From assembly GCA_964633855.1 (NCBI GenBank), contig CAZWIN010000002.1, forward strand, positions 1 through 36,926: a stretch of DNA of 36,926 nucleotides, read 5' to 3'. Numbering within the stretch: position 1 is the stretch's first letter; each line of letters begins with the position of its first letter. Origin of the DNA: an uncultured Chitinophagales bacterium. Its GTDB lineage: Bacteria > Bacteroidota > Ignavibacteria > UBA10030 > UBA6906. Both the position numbers and the translations under genes were made by a program. The notes under the pieces are model-generated. The model saw only the letters and a program-made list of their open reading frames with translations, was not told where the DNA came from and ran no database searches. This document shows, piece by piece, positions 8,842-17,185 of the stretch.

Positions 8842-11152
8842 CGACAGGGTATGTTTTTCTCAACCCGTCAAGCCATTCCCGCTCGAGGCGTTTCGATTCG
8901 GATTCCTGGAACGAGCTGGATATTTCTGTGCCGGCCTCATCGTATGTCTTTGTTCGCGTGGGATCCCTGGAATCCAGCCGGACGATATATGCAGAGCCTT
9001 CGTGAGTGAACGGACGCGAGTAAGCACCGGTTTGCAGCGAATCTGCATGCAGGGTGCGGTCATCCGCAGTCGCCGGCAGCAGACCGCGTTCGATCGTTCC
9101 AAGAATCACGGGTCGTCTGCCGCCAATCTCCAGGTCTGATCTTCCAAACATCGCTTTTTTCGTGCTGTCGGCGAGACCTCGCGACGGTATACGTGACGAA
9201 ACCACGATTCGGGAATCTGCAATACCATTCTTTTTTACAAGCTGGTTCTTCATCGCATCAAGACGCGCCTTTGCCAGTTTTTCAGTGGTAACCCTCCCCT
9301 TTCCCGTATCATAGTACGCAGTCAAGGTGAGTTTGGTTGCCGGATCCGACTTCAATTGTCCGGCTGCAGAGTTAAGCGCATCAGTTGTGCCCCTGGAAAG
9401 AGCGCTTGAACCTTTGGCGAATTCCACCTTGTATGTGGACGGCTGGCGCATGCGAAGAGAATCATCGCGCCACACATCCTCCATCCTTTTTCCTGCAACC
9501 AGCTGACGGTAAATGATTGTTGCAAGCGAATCATTAATTACCCGGATACCCGTAAAACCCACCCTGTCGGGGAATCTGAATTTCTCCTTATTTGCTTCAT
9601 AGTATGCACGCAAGGCAGAGTCGCTGACGGCAATGCGGTTCCAGACCTGCTCCTGCTCAGCCTGGTAGAGCAGGATTCCATCGGTGTATTCCTTCATAAT
9701 GGCGGCGAATTCCGGGTAATCCCGTTCAATTGTTTCGGCCTTCACATCAAAGATCAGCTGCTCTCCGATTTTGTCGAAGGTGGATCGCAAAGAGGCCGAC
9801 CGTAACGATGTGTTTGCAAGGTCCGGGCGATTCTGCAGCAGGTTGACAAAACTGTCAACGGAAACATATCGTCCGGCAATACTGTATAAACCGGCGCGGC
9901 CCAAGTCGGCGGTGATTCCCTTGCTCCACGCGGAATCCTTTGTCGTCCCGGTTGTATCAACCGATGCGATAAAAAGTCCGGCAACGGAATCATTCAGGGC
10001 ATAATGCGTTTCGCGCTTCAGTTTAGCCATGTACTTTTTGTTGTCGTCCTGAAAGCGGACCTGCTGGTAAAGCTGTTGGGCCTCCTTCTTCGCATCATCG
10101 GCAGCTTTTGTCGGCCTGCGGTCGGTGCATTTGATAATGTGATAACCATAGATTGTACGGACAATGCGGGAAACCTCGCCGGGCTTCATGGCAAGGGCAA
10201 CCTCGTCGAATGACTGGATCCACCGGCGCCTGCTGAACCATCCAAGATCTCCACCGCGTTGTGCGGAACCGGGGTCACCGGAATTACGCGTTGCAAGTTC
10301 TGCAAAGTCAATTCCCATCTTGATACTGTCTTGTATCAACTTGATTTTCTCTAGCGCTTTCAAGGTGTCTTCGGGCGATGGATCCTGCTTTTCAAATCGG
10401 ACCATGATGTGACTGCATTGTACTTCGCCGGGCGACGGTTTCCGGTCAACAGCCTTTATGATGTGCAAACCATATTGTGTACGGATCGGTGTCGAAGTGA
10501 TCTCGCCGGGTTTCATGGAATACACGGCATCTTCAAATGCCGGTACCATCTGCCCTCCGGTAAAGTAGTAGAGGTCCCCTTTGTTCTGCTTCGCAGAGGG
10601 ATCCTGTGAATACTCGGCCGCCAAAGCAGCGAAATCACCGCCAGCCTTCAGTTTGCCAATCACTTCATACGCTTTGGTATATGCTGCCGCGGAATCGGCC
10701 GCGGGTGCTTCGGGGGCGAGGTTGATAAGAATGTGGCTGGCGCGGACTTCCTCTGTGCGGCGCTGATACATCTGTTTTGTGCCGGGAGACGTTATCTCAC
10801 GATCGGTAAGATACGAGGCGGCGAGACTGCCTTTGTATTGTTGGATCTCCTTCAAGATTTCCGGACGCGTGTTCATTCCCTTGCTGTAGGCATCGTTGAG
10901 TTTCAACCGGAAGTTGGTAACAAGCCCGAGGAATTTTTCACGCTCCTCCTGAGTGGAAGCCGCCGCCTGCTCCCGTGTTCCATTGCTTTTGATGTACATG
11001 TTTTCGTAATCTGCCAGCGTAATGGCTTGATGACCGACACTTGCCACTATTGTATCACCCGCTTTGGGTGAGCAACCGGAGAGAGAGAAGAGGATGCCAA
11101 GTACAACGGCCAGCGAAAGAAGCACCCTGATCGGGTTTTGAAAATACTGCAT
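8795..11152 (-). CDS. large multi-domain parvulin-type PPIase lipoprotein (PpiD/SurA-like)
   Basis: 785 aa with a lipobox (LFSLSGC). Two clear PpiC/parvulin domains (ASHILINL...GDLYYF...YGLHIIK and CSHIMVRF...GGDLGWF...YGYHIIK). An OmpA-like-looking segment lies near the C-terminus (see findings). Confidence 0.85.
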   Translation of the reverse strand: MQYFQNPIRVLLSLAVVLGILFSLSGCSPKAGDTIVASVGHQAITLADYENMYIKSNGTREQAAASTQEEREKFLGLVTNFRLKLNDAYSKGMNTRPEILKEIQQYKGSLAASYLTDREITSPGTKQMYQRRTEEVRASHILINLAPEAPAADSAAAYTKAYEVIGKLKAGGDFAALAAEYSQDPSAKQNKGDLYYFTGGQMVPAFEDAVYSMKPGEITSTPIRTQYGLHIIKAVDRKPSPGEVQCSHIMVRFEKQDPSPEDTLKALEKIKLIQDSIKMGIDFAELATRNSGDPGSAQRGGDLGWFSRRRWIQSFDEVALAMKPGEVSRIVRTIYGYHIIKCTDRRPTKAADDAKKEAQQLYQQVRFQDDNKKYMAKLKRETHYALNDSVAGLFIASVDTTGTTKDSAWSKGITADLGRAGLYSIAGRYVSVDSFVNLLQNRPDLANTSLRSASLRSTFDKIGEQLIFDVKAETIERDYPEFAAIMKEYTDGILLYQAEQEQVWNRIAVSDSALRAYYEANKEKFRFPDRVGFTGIRVINDSLATIIYRQLVAGKRMEDVWRDDSLRMRQPSTYKVEFAKGSSALSRGTTDALNSAAGQLKSDPATKLTLTAYYDTGKGRVTTEKLAKARLDAMKNQLVKKNGIADSRIVVSSRIPSRGLADSTKKAMFGRSDLEIGGRRPVILGTIERGLLPATADDRTLHADSLQTGAYSRPFTHEGSAYIVRLDSRDPTRTKTYDEAGTEISSSFQESESKRLEREWLDGLRKTYPVVEHKEVLKNAFAPAQ

Positions 11153-11360
11153 AGGGACTAAACTCCGCTAAATATATACATGGATTGACGTTGAGAGAGG
11201 AATACGGACAAAAAAAGTAACCAAAAACCGTGAGAGAAGCAAGAATGGGGCCGCTGTGGACAATTACCAAAGCACGCATAGGATCTCCCGAAAAATTGCC
11301 TTGAGAGTCACAGAATGTTATGTTCTTAAGCGAATCCTATGAACGAGAATATGTCTATTG

Positions 11361-12653
11361 ATGTATGGGAAAAAGAAAACAGTGACAGAGAAGGCAACGC
11401 AATCCACCCGTGAGGTTTTGGACTCGGTCTACCGCACCGAATCACGGCGTATTCTTGCGACACTTATTCGCCTGCTTGGAGACTTCGATCTTGCCGAGGA
11501 AGCGCTCCATGATGCCGTCGCCGCTGCAATGGAGCAATGGCAACGGGATGGGATCCCGGAAAACCCGCGTGCATGGCTTGTGTCGGCGGGGAGATTCAAG
11601 GGGATTGATAGCATGAGGCGTCGTGCACGGTTTGCACCATCGGGGCAAGAAAATGATGAATACCGGAACGATATCCTCCAGCAACTCGAAGCCGATACCC
11701 CCGATCCGGCAGAACACATTGACAAAGGAGTTCAGGACGACGAACTACGGCTCATCTTTACCTGTTGCCACCCGGCATTATCATCCGAGGCGCGCATCGC
11801 GCTTACGTTACGTGAGGTCTGCGGGCTTACCACAGAGGAAATAGCGCACGCTTTCCTCACCACACCGCCGACAATTGCACAACGTATCGTGCGGGCCAAG
11901 GCAAAGATCCGCGACGCACACATTCCATATCAGGTGCCATCGCTGGCAGATTTGCCCGCCCGGTTGGATGCGGTGCTCCAGGTGATGTATCTTGTCTTCA
12001 ATGAAGGATACTCTGCTTCATCCGGTGAGTCGCTGACACGGTCGGAGCTTTCAGGCGAAGCGATTCGGCTGGGGCGCTTGCTGATGGAATTACTTCCGGA
12101 GCCGGAGGTTGCAGGCCTTCTCGCACTGATGTTGCTTCAGGAGTCCCGGAGAACAGCACGCGCATCGCCATCAGGCGATTTAGTTCTTCTTCAGGATCAG
12201 GATCGCTCGCTCTGGAACAAAGCTCAGATTGCAGAAGGAGAGAAATTAGTCGAGCGATCGTTGGCATCGCAGCGGTTCGGGGTGTACACGCTGCAGGCCG
12301 CGATTGCAGCAGTTCATGCCGGAGCGCCAGGGGCAACCGAAACGGACTGGAATGAGATAGTCAGTTTGTACGACATGCTGTTGCAGATGCACCTCTCTCC
12401 GGTTGTGGAGTTAAACCGCGCTGCGGCGGTAGCAATGCGTGATGGCCCCGAATCCGGCCTCGCTCTTATAGACGCTATCCTTAAGCGTGGTGAACTTGCG
12501 GATTATCACCTTGCACATTCAGCAAGAGCGGATATGTGCCGCCGCCTCGGCAGAATAAATGAAGCCAAAGCTTCTTACGCGCGGGCTATTGCGCTGGTGA
12601 AGCAGGAACCGGAGCGGAGGTTTCTTGAGCGGAGGTTGCGCGAGATAGGGTAA
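11361..12653 (+). CDS. ECF sigma factor with a long C-terminal extension (ECF42-like, DUF6596-type)
   Basis: Sigma70 region 2 ([18 protein letters not shown]...[16 protein letters not shown]) and region 4 ([37 protein letters not shown]). A ~230-aa helical extension follows ([13 protein letters not shown]...), as in the ECF42 group. The ORF-track start is TTG at 11358, and an ATG lies immediately after at 11361. Confidence 0.85.
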   Translation: MYGKKKTVTEKATQSTREVLDSVYRTESRRILATLIRLLGDFDLAEEALHDAVAAAMEQWQRDGIPENPRAWLVSAGRFKGIDSMRRRARFAPSGQENDEYRNDILQQLEADTPDPAEHIDKGVQDDELRLIFTCCHPALSSEARIALTLREVCGLTTEEIAHAFLTTPPTIAQRIVRAKAKIRDAHIPYQVPSLADLPARLDAVLQVMYLVFNEGYSASSGESLTRSELSGEAIRLGRLLMELLPEPEVAGLLALMLLQESRRTARASPSGDLVLLQDQDRSLWNKAQIAEGEKLVERSLASQRFGVYTLQAAIAAVHAGAPGATETDWNEIVSLYDMLLQMHLSPVVELNRAAAVAMRDGPESGLALIDAILKRGELADYHLAHSARADMCRRLGRINEAKASYARAIALVKQEPERRFLERRLREIG

Positions 12654-12695
12654 AGAGCCTTGTGTTACAGATGATTTCAGGGTTTCCCATTACAG

Positions 12696-12722
12696 TGTCG
12701 ATTTTCGTTCCCGCCATTCGAC
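12696..12722 (+). promoter_or_regulatory. candidate ECF42-type promoter upstream of the DGPF genes
   Basis: TGTCGA (12696-12701), a 17-nt spacer, then CGAC (12719-12722), located 70 nt downstream of the sigma gene stop and ahead of the first DGPF gene. It resembles the ECF42 target motif as I recall it (TGTCGA at -35, CGxC at -10), and that recollection must be verified. Confidence 0.4.
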
Positions 12723-12774
12723 TATCTATTGAATGCCAAAAATTTCGTTCAATCCGGAAGGAGACACCATAAAA

Positions 12775-13209
12775 TTGAAATACCTCTGTCTGGCCTACGA
12801 AGAAGAATCCACGTTAAACGCACTTTCAAAAAGCGAGTGGGATATATTGAGGCGCGAAACTATGGACTATGTCGAGCAGCTTCGCAATAGGGGCTACCTG
12901 ATTTCTGCCGAGCCGCTTCAAAGCGTCACTACAGCGGCAACTGTGCGGGTCCGTGGTGGCAGTATTTCCGTTACCGACGGCCCGTTTGCCGAGACAAAAG
13001 AAACCCTCGGCGGATTTTTTCTGATCAACGCGCGTGACCTGAACGAAGCAATCCAGGTTGCTTCAAAATGGCCATCTGCGCGGTTTGGAAGCATCGAAGT
13101 ACGCCCCATTGAGGAGGGGTTACGGGAAGACGGGCGCTACAATTCTCTCTGGGTGATGTCGATTGAGAATCCTGCCAAACGACTATCTGTTAAACCAACA
13201 ATTTCATAG
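12775..13209 (+). CDS. YCII-related / DGPF domain protein, paralog 1
   Basis: VTDGPFAETKETLGGFFLI motif. I prefer the in-frame TTG at 12775, which is preceded by GGAGA and gives (M)KYLCLAY, aligning with the paralog-3 N-terminus MKYICLGY. The ORF-track ATG at 12733 would lie only ~10 nt after the putative -10 element. Confidence 0.8.
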   Translation: MKYLCLAYEEESTLNALSKSEWDILRRETMDYVEQLRNRGYLISAEPLQSVTTAATVRVRGGSISVTDGPFAETKETLGGFFLINARDLNEAIQVASKWPSARFGSIEVRPIEEGLREDGRYNSLWVMSIENPAKRLSVKPTIS

Positions 13210-13229
13210 CAAACAGAAGGAGATAAACC

Positions 13230-13667
13230 ATGCGCTTTATGATGTTGATGATTCCGAAGGTCTATCAGGGCGAGGAAGGCCGGAACGTCGGCCCGGATTT
13301 TGCCCCCGGCGCCGAGGATGTTGCAAAAATGATGAAGTACAATGAAGACCTTGCAAAATCCGGAGCCCTTATCGCGCTCGACGGCCTTCATCCTACTTCG
13401 CACGGCGCTCGTATTGCTTTCCGCGGCGGAAAGCCGAACGTCACCGACGGGCCGTTCACCGAATCCAAGGAAGTGCTTGGAGGCTATTGGATCATCAACG
13501 TGAAATCCAAACAGGAAGCGGTCGAATGGGCAAGACGATGTCCCGCCGCCGAGGGAGATGTTATCGAGGTTCGACAGATATTCGAGATGGAAGATTTTCC
13601 GGAGGATGTTCAGAAAGCGGCAGAAAGCCCCATTGTGGAAGCGCAACTCGAGAAACAGAAAAAGTAA
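13230..13667 (+). CDS. YCII-related / DGPF domain protein, paralog 2 (divergent subtype)
   Basis: VTDGPFTESKEVLGGYWII motif. AAGGAGA RBS 7 nt upstream. The N-terminus MRFMMLMIPK differs from paralogs 1 and 3. Confidence 0.85.
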   Translation: MRFMMLMIPKVYQGEEGRNVGPDFAPGAEDVAKMMKYNEDLAKSGALIALDGLHPTSHGARIAFRGGKPNVTDGPFTESKEVLGGYWIINVKSKQEAVEWARRCPAAEGDVIEVRQIFEMEDFPEDVQKAAESPIVEAQLEKQKK

Positions 13668-13696
13668 CGGCTTAACGTAATTGTTGGGAGGCTGTC

Positions 13697-14092
13697 ATGA
13701 AGTACATTTGTCTTGGATATATTGAACCTCAAAAAATGCAGACATGGTCCGAAAAGGAACTGAACACGTTCGTGGATGAATGCTTCGCTTACGATGACGA
13801 AATTCGGAAGAATGGAAATTATGCCGGCGGTGAGGGATTGCAGGGACCGCAAACCGCAACAACGTTGCGATACCAGAACGGCAAACTCTCCATCACCGAC
13901 GGTCCGTATGCAGAAACAAAAGAACAGTTGGGCGGCATATTGATACTCGAAGCACGTGACCTGAACCACGCCATTGAGATCATGTCCAAGCATCCCGGAG
14001 TGAAGGAGGGCCCGTTTGAAATCAGGCCCGCGGCGGATTTATCCGAGATGGTTGCGCAGAGTGAGCAGCGCCGGAAAGCAGCCAGGGGATAA
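13697..14092 (+). CDS. YCII-related / DGPF domain protein, paralog 3
   Basis: ITDGPYAETKEQLGGILIL motif. GGGAGG RBS. It aligns colinearly with paralog 1 (ARDLNEAI versus ARDLNHAI). Confidence 0.85.
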   Translation: MKYICLGYIEPQKMQTWSEKELNTFVDECFAYDDEIRKNGNYAGGEGLQGPQTATTLRYQNGKLSITDGPYAETKEQLGGILILEARDLNHAIEIMSKHPGVKEGPFEIRPAADLSEMVAQSEQRRKAARG

Positions 14093-14138
14093 TAATGAAC
14101 CCCCGCGACAAGCACATACCCTGAAAGACGTATCGCGA

Positions 14139-14522
14139 ATGAACATTATCCTCCGGATCCTTCAAGTCCCGCTTGCGGCTTTGTTTCTCTGGCACGGTTG
14201 GCTCTTTCTCGCTCCACCGGCGGAATTGGTGGATAGTATGAACAGTCGGTTTCCGCGCCGGTTTCTGCTATTCCCTGGAATTGCTGAAGTCCTTGCCACG
14301 ATCGGCCTGACGCTTCCGGGGATAACACGTGTTTTGCCTCGGTTGATTGACGTTACTTCGGTATGCCTGATGTTCGTCATGGTTTGTGCTACAGTTGTTC
14401 ATTCTTCAAGGAGTGAAACAGGAAGCGCAGTGACCACCGCGTCTCTGTTTGTCGTACTGGGGTTTGTTGCTTATATGCGCTGGAAGGTAAAACCTATCGC
14501 AGAAAAGGGAGAAGCAAGATAA
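14139..14522 (+). CDS. DoxX-like membrane protein
   Basis: About 127 aa from the internal ATG at 14139 (MNIILRILQVPLAALFLWHGWLF), with 3-4 TM helices and a DoxX-like pattern. The ORF-track start at 14016 would overlap DGPF paralog 3 by 77 nt and adds a non-membrane basic leader. Confidence 0.7.
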   Translation: MNIILRILQVPLAALFLWHGWLFLAPPAELVDSMNSRFPRRFLLFPGIAEVLATIGLTLPGITRVLPRLIDVTSVCLMFVMVCATVVHSSRSETGSAVTTASLFVVLGFVAYMRWKVKPIAEKGEAR

Positions 14523-14524
14523 GT

Positions 14525-14896
14525 ATGTTGAAAAGTATTTGGGCGGTCATTGCAGGATTCATTACTGTTGTCATTCTCTCTATTGGAACCGACTTCATTC
14601 TTGAAAGCCTCGGGCTTTTTCCACCACAAAGCGAGCCTGCGGCTTATACCGCAGGAATGCTTATGATCGCGCTCATCTATCGTTGTCTTTATACGATTAC
14701 GGGTGGCTGGGTTACCGCACGGCTTGCACCCGATCGGCCGGTGAGGCACGCTATCCTTCTCGGATGTGTAGGTATGGTGGCTGGAACGGTTGGTGTGTTT
14801 GTAGCATGGGATCTTTCACCCCACCATTGGTACCCGATCGCGCTTGTTGTAACAGCGCTTCCGTGCACGTGGCTCGGTGGCAAGATGAAAAAGTAA
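14525..14896 (+). CDS. small 4-TM membrane protein, unknown family
   Basis: 123-aa hydrophobic ORF starting 2 nt after the DoxX stop. Same strand and tightly packed in the cluster. Confidence 0.6.
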   Translation: MLKSIWAVIAGFITVVILSIGTDFILESLGLFPPQSEPAAYTAGMLMIALIYRCLYTITGGWVTARLAPDRPVRHAILLGCVGMVAGTVGVFVAWDLSPHHWYPIALVVTALPCTWLGGKMKK

Positions 14897-14974
14897 AAGG
14901 CGCAGAGGGGAAGAATATGCGGCGTAGGCGAATTACAAAACCCGGGAATTTGATAACACAACAAGGAACAACAA

Positions 14975-15451
14975 ATGCAAAAAATCACCCCCTTTCTTTG
15001 GTTTGATGGCAAGGCGGAAGAAGCAATCAAACTCTACACCTCCATTTTCAAGAATTCCCGGATTGTAAGTATGACGCGCTGGGGAGAAGGTAGCCCATTC
15101 CCTGAAGATCAGATCAAGTCGGCGGTCTTTGAATTGAACGGACAACAATTCTATGCTTTTGATGCGGGCCCGCAATTCAAGTTTACGGAAGCCATTTCCC
15201 TTTTTATCAATTGTGAAACACAGGAAGAGATAGATTATTTTTGGGGAAGGCTTACGGCCGACGGAGGGCAGGAAAGCATGTGTGGCTGGCTCAAGGATAA
15301 ATTTGGACTGTCATGGCAAATTGTTCCATCGATCGTAATCAGGTTGTTGGAGGACAAAGACCCGGTGAAGTCGAAGAGGGTGATGCAGGCAATGCTTCAA
15401 ATGAAGAAGATTGATATTGCGGGGTTGCAAAAGGCGGCGACGGAACGATAG
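14975..15451 (+). CDS. VOC (glyoxalase/bleomycin-resistance fold) family protein, PhnB-like / 3-demethylubiquinone-9 3-methyltransferase-domain type
   Basis: The N-terminus MQKITPFLWFDGKAEEAIKLYTSIF and WGRLTADGGQESMCGWLKDKFGLSWQIVP are characteristic of this family. Confidence 0.85.
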   Translation: MQKITPFLWFDGKAEEAIKLYTSIFKNSRIVSMTRWGEGSPFPEDQIKSAVFELNGQQFYAFDAGPQFKFTEAISLFINCETQEEIDYFWGRLTADGGQESMCGWLKDKFGLSWQIVPSIVIRLLEDKDPVKSKRVMQAMLQMKKIDIAGLQKAATER

Positions 15452-15513
15452 CCGGAGACGTTCTCAAAGAGACCTTGCGTTGGATACATGATGGAGGATG
15501 CACTGTGGAAAAG

Positions 15514-15954
15514 ATGAAGTTTACAATCATCATTAACGCACCGCAGAAAAGAGTGTGGGAGACCATGCTCGATGATAAGACATATCGGATATGGACAGAA
15601 GCCTTTGGACAAGGCTGTCATTATGTCGGCGACTGGAATAAGGGAAGTAAGATCCTTTTCCTTGCCCCTTCAGAAAACGGAATGATGTCAGGCATGGTGA
15701 GTCGTATAGCAGAAAGCCGTCCGTATGAGTATGTTTCCATCGAACATCTCGGGGTGGTACAGGACGGCAATGAAGATACATCAAGCGAAGCAGTAAAGGG
15801 GTGGGCCGGAGCCCACGAGAATTACACCCTCACGGAGAAGAACGGCGGCACGGAAGTGCTCGTCGAAATTGATACTGTTGATGAGTACAAGCAGATGTTC
15901 GAGGAGATGTGGCCCAGGGCCGTACAAAAGCTTAAAGAACTGGCGGAAAAATAG
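15514..15954 (+). CDS. SRPBCC / AHSA1 (Aha1-like, START fold) family protein
   Basis: MKFTIIINAPQKRVWETMLDDKTYRIWT is the typical SRPBCC opening strand and helix. The internal ATG at 15514 is preferred over the ORF-track start at 15475. Confidence 0.8.
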   Translation: MKFTIIINAPQKRVWETMLDDKTYRIWTEAFGQGCHYVGDWNKGSKILFLAPSENGMMSGMVSRIAESRPYEYVSIEHLGVVQDGNEDTSSEAVKGWAGAHENYTLTEKNGGTEVLVEIDTVDEYKQMFEEMWPRAVQKLKELAEK

Positions 15955-15979
15955 CACGGCGTTGTTGACAGAACCCACA

Positions 15980-17185
15980 CTACAATTTTTTTAGTGCCTG
16001 ATCAAAATCTCTTTCTAAATCTTCGATTCCCTCCACACCGGTCGAAATACGGATCATTCCCGGTGTCACGCCATGTGTTTGTAGCTCTTTTTCGGTCATG
16101 TTGATGTGAGATGAATACACCGGGATGCTGACAAGAGTTTCGACTCCACCGAGCGACATGGCGTTCACTGCCACTTTCAGGGAGTCACACACCTTCACGG
16201 CGGCTTTCACGCCGCCCTGCACTTCGATGGTAACCATGCCGCCGAACCCGCCTCCGTACAACGCTCCCATTTGCTTTCTGGCAATTGCATGTTGGGGATG
16301 CGAGGAAATGCCCGGATAGAGTACACGTCGGACCTTCCTGTGCTTTGCAAAGAACGTTGCCAGGGAGAGGGCATTTTCATTTTGTTGACGTACGCGCAAT
16401 TCAAAAGTTTTCAAACTCCTAACCAGGAGGTATGCGGCGAAAGGATCAGCAGAGCCGCCGAAGTATTTGAGTTGTGTATGGACGCCCTTGATAAAATCCT
16501 CTGTTCCGGCCACCACTCCCGCCAAGATATCGCTGTGTCCGCCGAGATATTTTGTTGCGCTTTCAACAACAACATCAACACCAAAGGTGAACGGATTCTG
16601 GTTCAGAATTGATGCAAACGTGTTGTCGGACATGATGATGAGTTTCCGTCGTGTGCGGCGTTCCGCCTTTTTCGTACAGCCGACAAGCTTCTTGATATCA
16701 ACGATCCCAAGAGTGGGGTTGGTTGGGGTCTCAAAGTACACAAGCCGCGTTCGATCCGTGACGAGCCCGGGAATTTTCTCAAGTGCATCGGGTGAGACAT
16801 AACGTACCGTGATCCCGATGCCCGGGAGTATATCCCTGAAAAAGCGATACGTTCCACCATACAGGCCCGGCGTGCTGATGATCTCGTCCCCGACTTTTAC
16901 AATAGAGAGGATTGCAGACGAAATCGCTGCCATTCCCGATGAAAACAGTAGCGCTTTCTGCGTTCCGAAAATCAGGGCAAGCCGTTCTTCGGCCTCCCGT
17001 ACCGTGGGGTTGTGGTAGCGCGTGTACACGTACACATTGGGGTCACCCTGTGCATATCGTACTGCATCCCGGGAATCAGAAAACCGGTATGTCGATGTCT
17101 GAACAATCGGGGTCGCAACAGGCCCCTGGTAGGCATAAAGTTTCTTGCCGTGAATTGCCCGCGTTGCAAGAGCAGCCTTCTTCAT
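15980..17185 (-). CDS. PLP-dependent trans-sulfuration enzyme (Cys/Met metabolism family: cystathionine gamma-synthase/beta-lyase or methionine gamma-lyase type)
   Basis: 401 aa with the PLP-lysine motif ESATKYLGGHSDILAGVV, plus YTRYHNPT and FETPTNPTL motifs. The exact activity cannot be assigned from sequence. Confidence 0.9.
   Translation of the reverse strand: MKKAALATRAIHGKKLYAYQGPVATPIVQTSTYRFSDSRDAVRYAQGDPNVYVYTRYHNPTVREAEERLALIFGTQKALLFSSGMAAISSAILSIVKVGDEIISTPGLYGGTYRFFRDILPGIGITVRYVSPDALEKIPGLVTDRTRLVYFETPTNPTLGIVDIKKLVGCTKKAERRTRRKLIIMSDNTFASILNQNPFTFGVDVVVESATKYLGGHSDILAGVVAGTEDFIKGVHTQLKYFGGSADPFAAYLLVRSLKTFELRVRQQNENALSLATFFAKHRKVRRVLYPGISSHPQHAIARKQMGALYGGGFGGMVTIEVQGGVKAAVKVCDSLKVAVNAMSLGGVETLVSIPVYSSHINMTEKELQTHGVTPGMIRISTGVEGIEDLERDFDQALKKL

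Noticed and set aside
13137-13646. 169-aa minus-strand ORF, and the 127-aa ORF at 13610-13993, opposite the DGPF genes
   Set aside because: They are antisense to three paralogous genes with conserved DGPF motifs and good RBSs. No motifs were recognised.
14016-14138. N-terminal 41 residues of the ORF-track DoxX ORF
   Set aside because: This extension would overlap DGPF paralog 3 by 77 nt. The segment is basic and non-hydrophobic, and the membrane protein begins naturally at ATG 14139.
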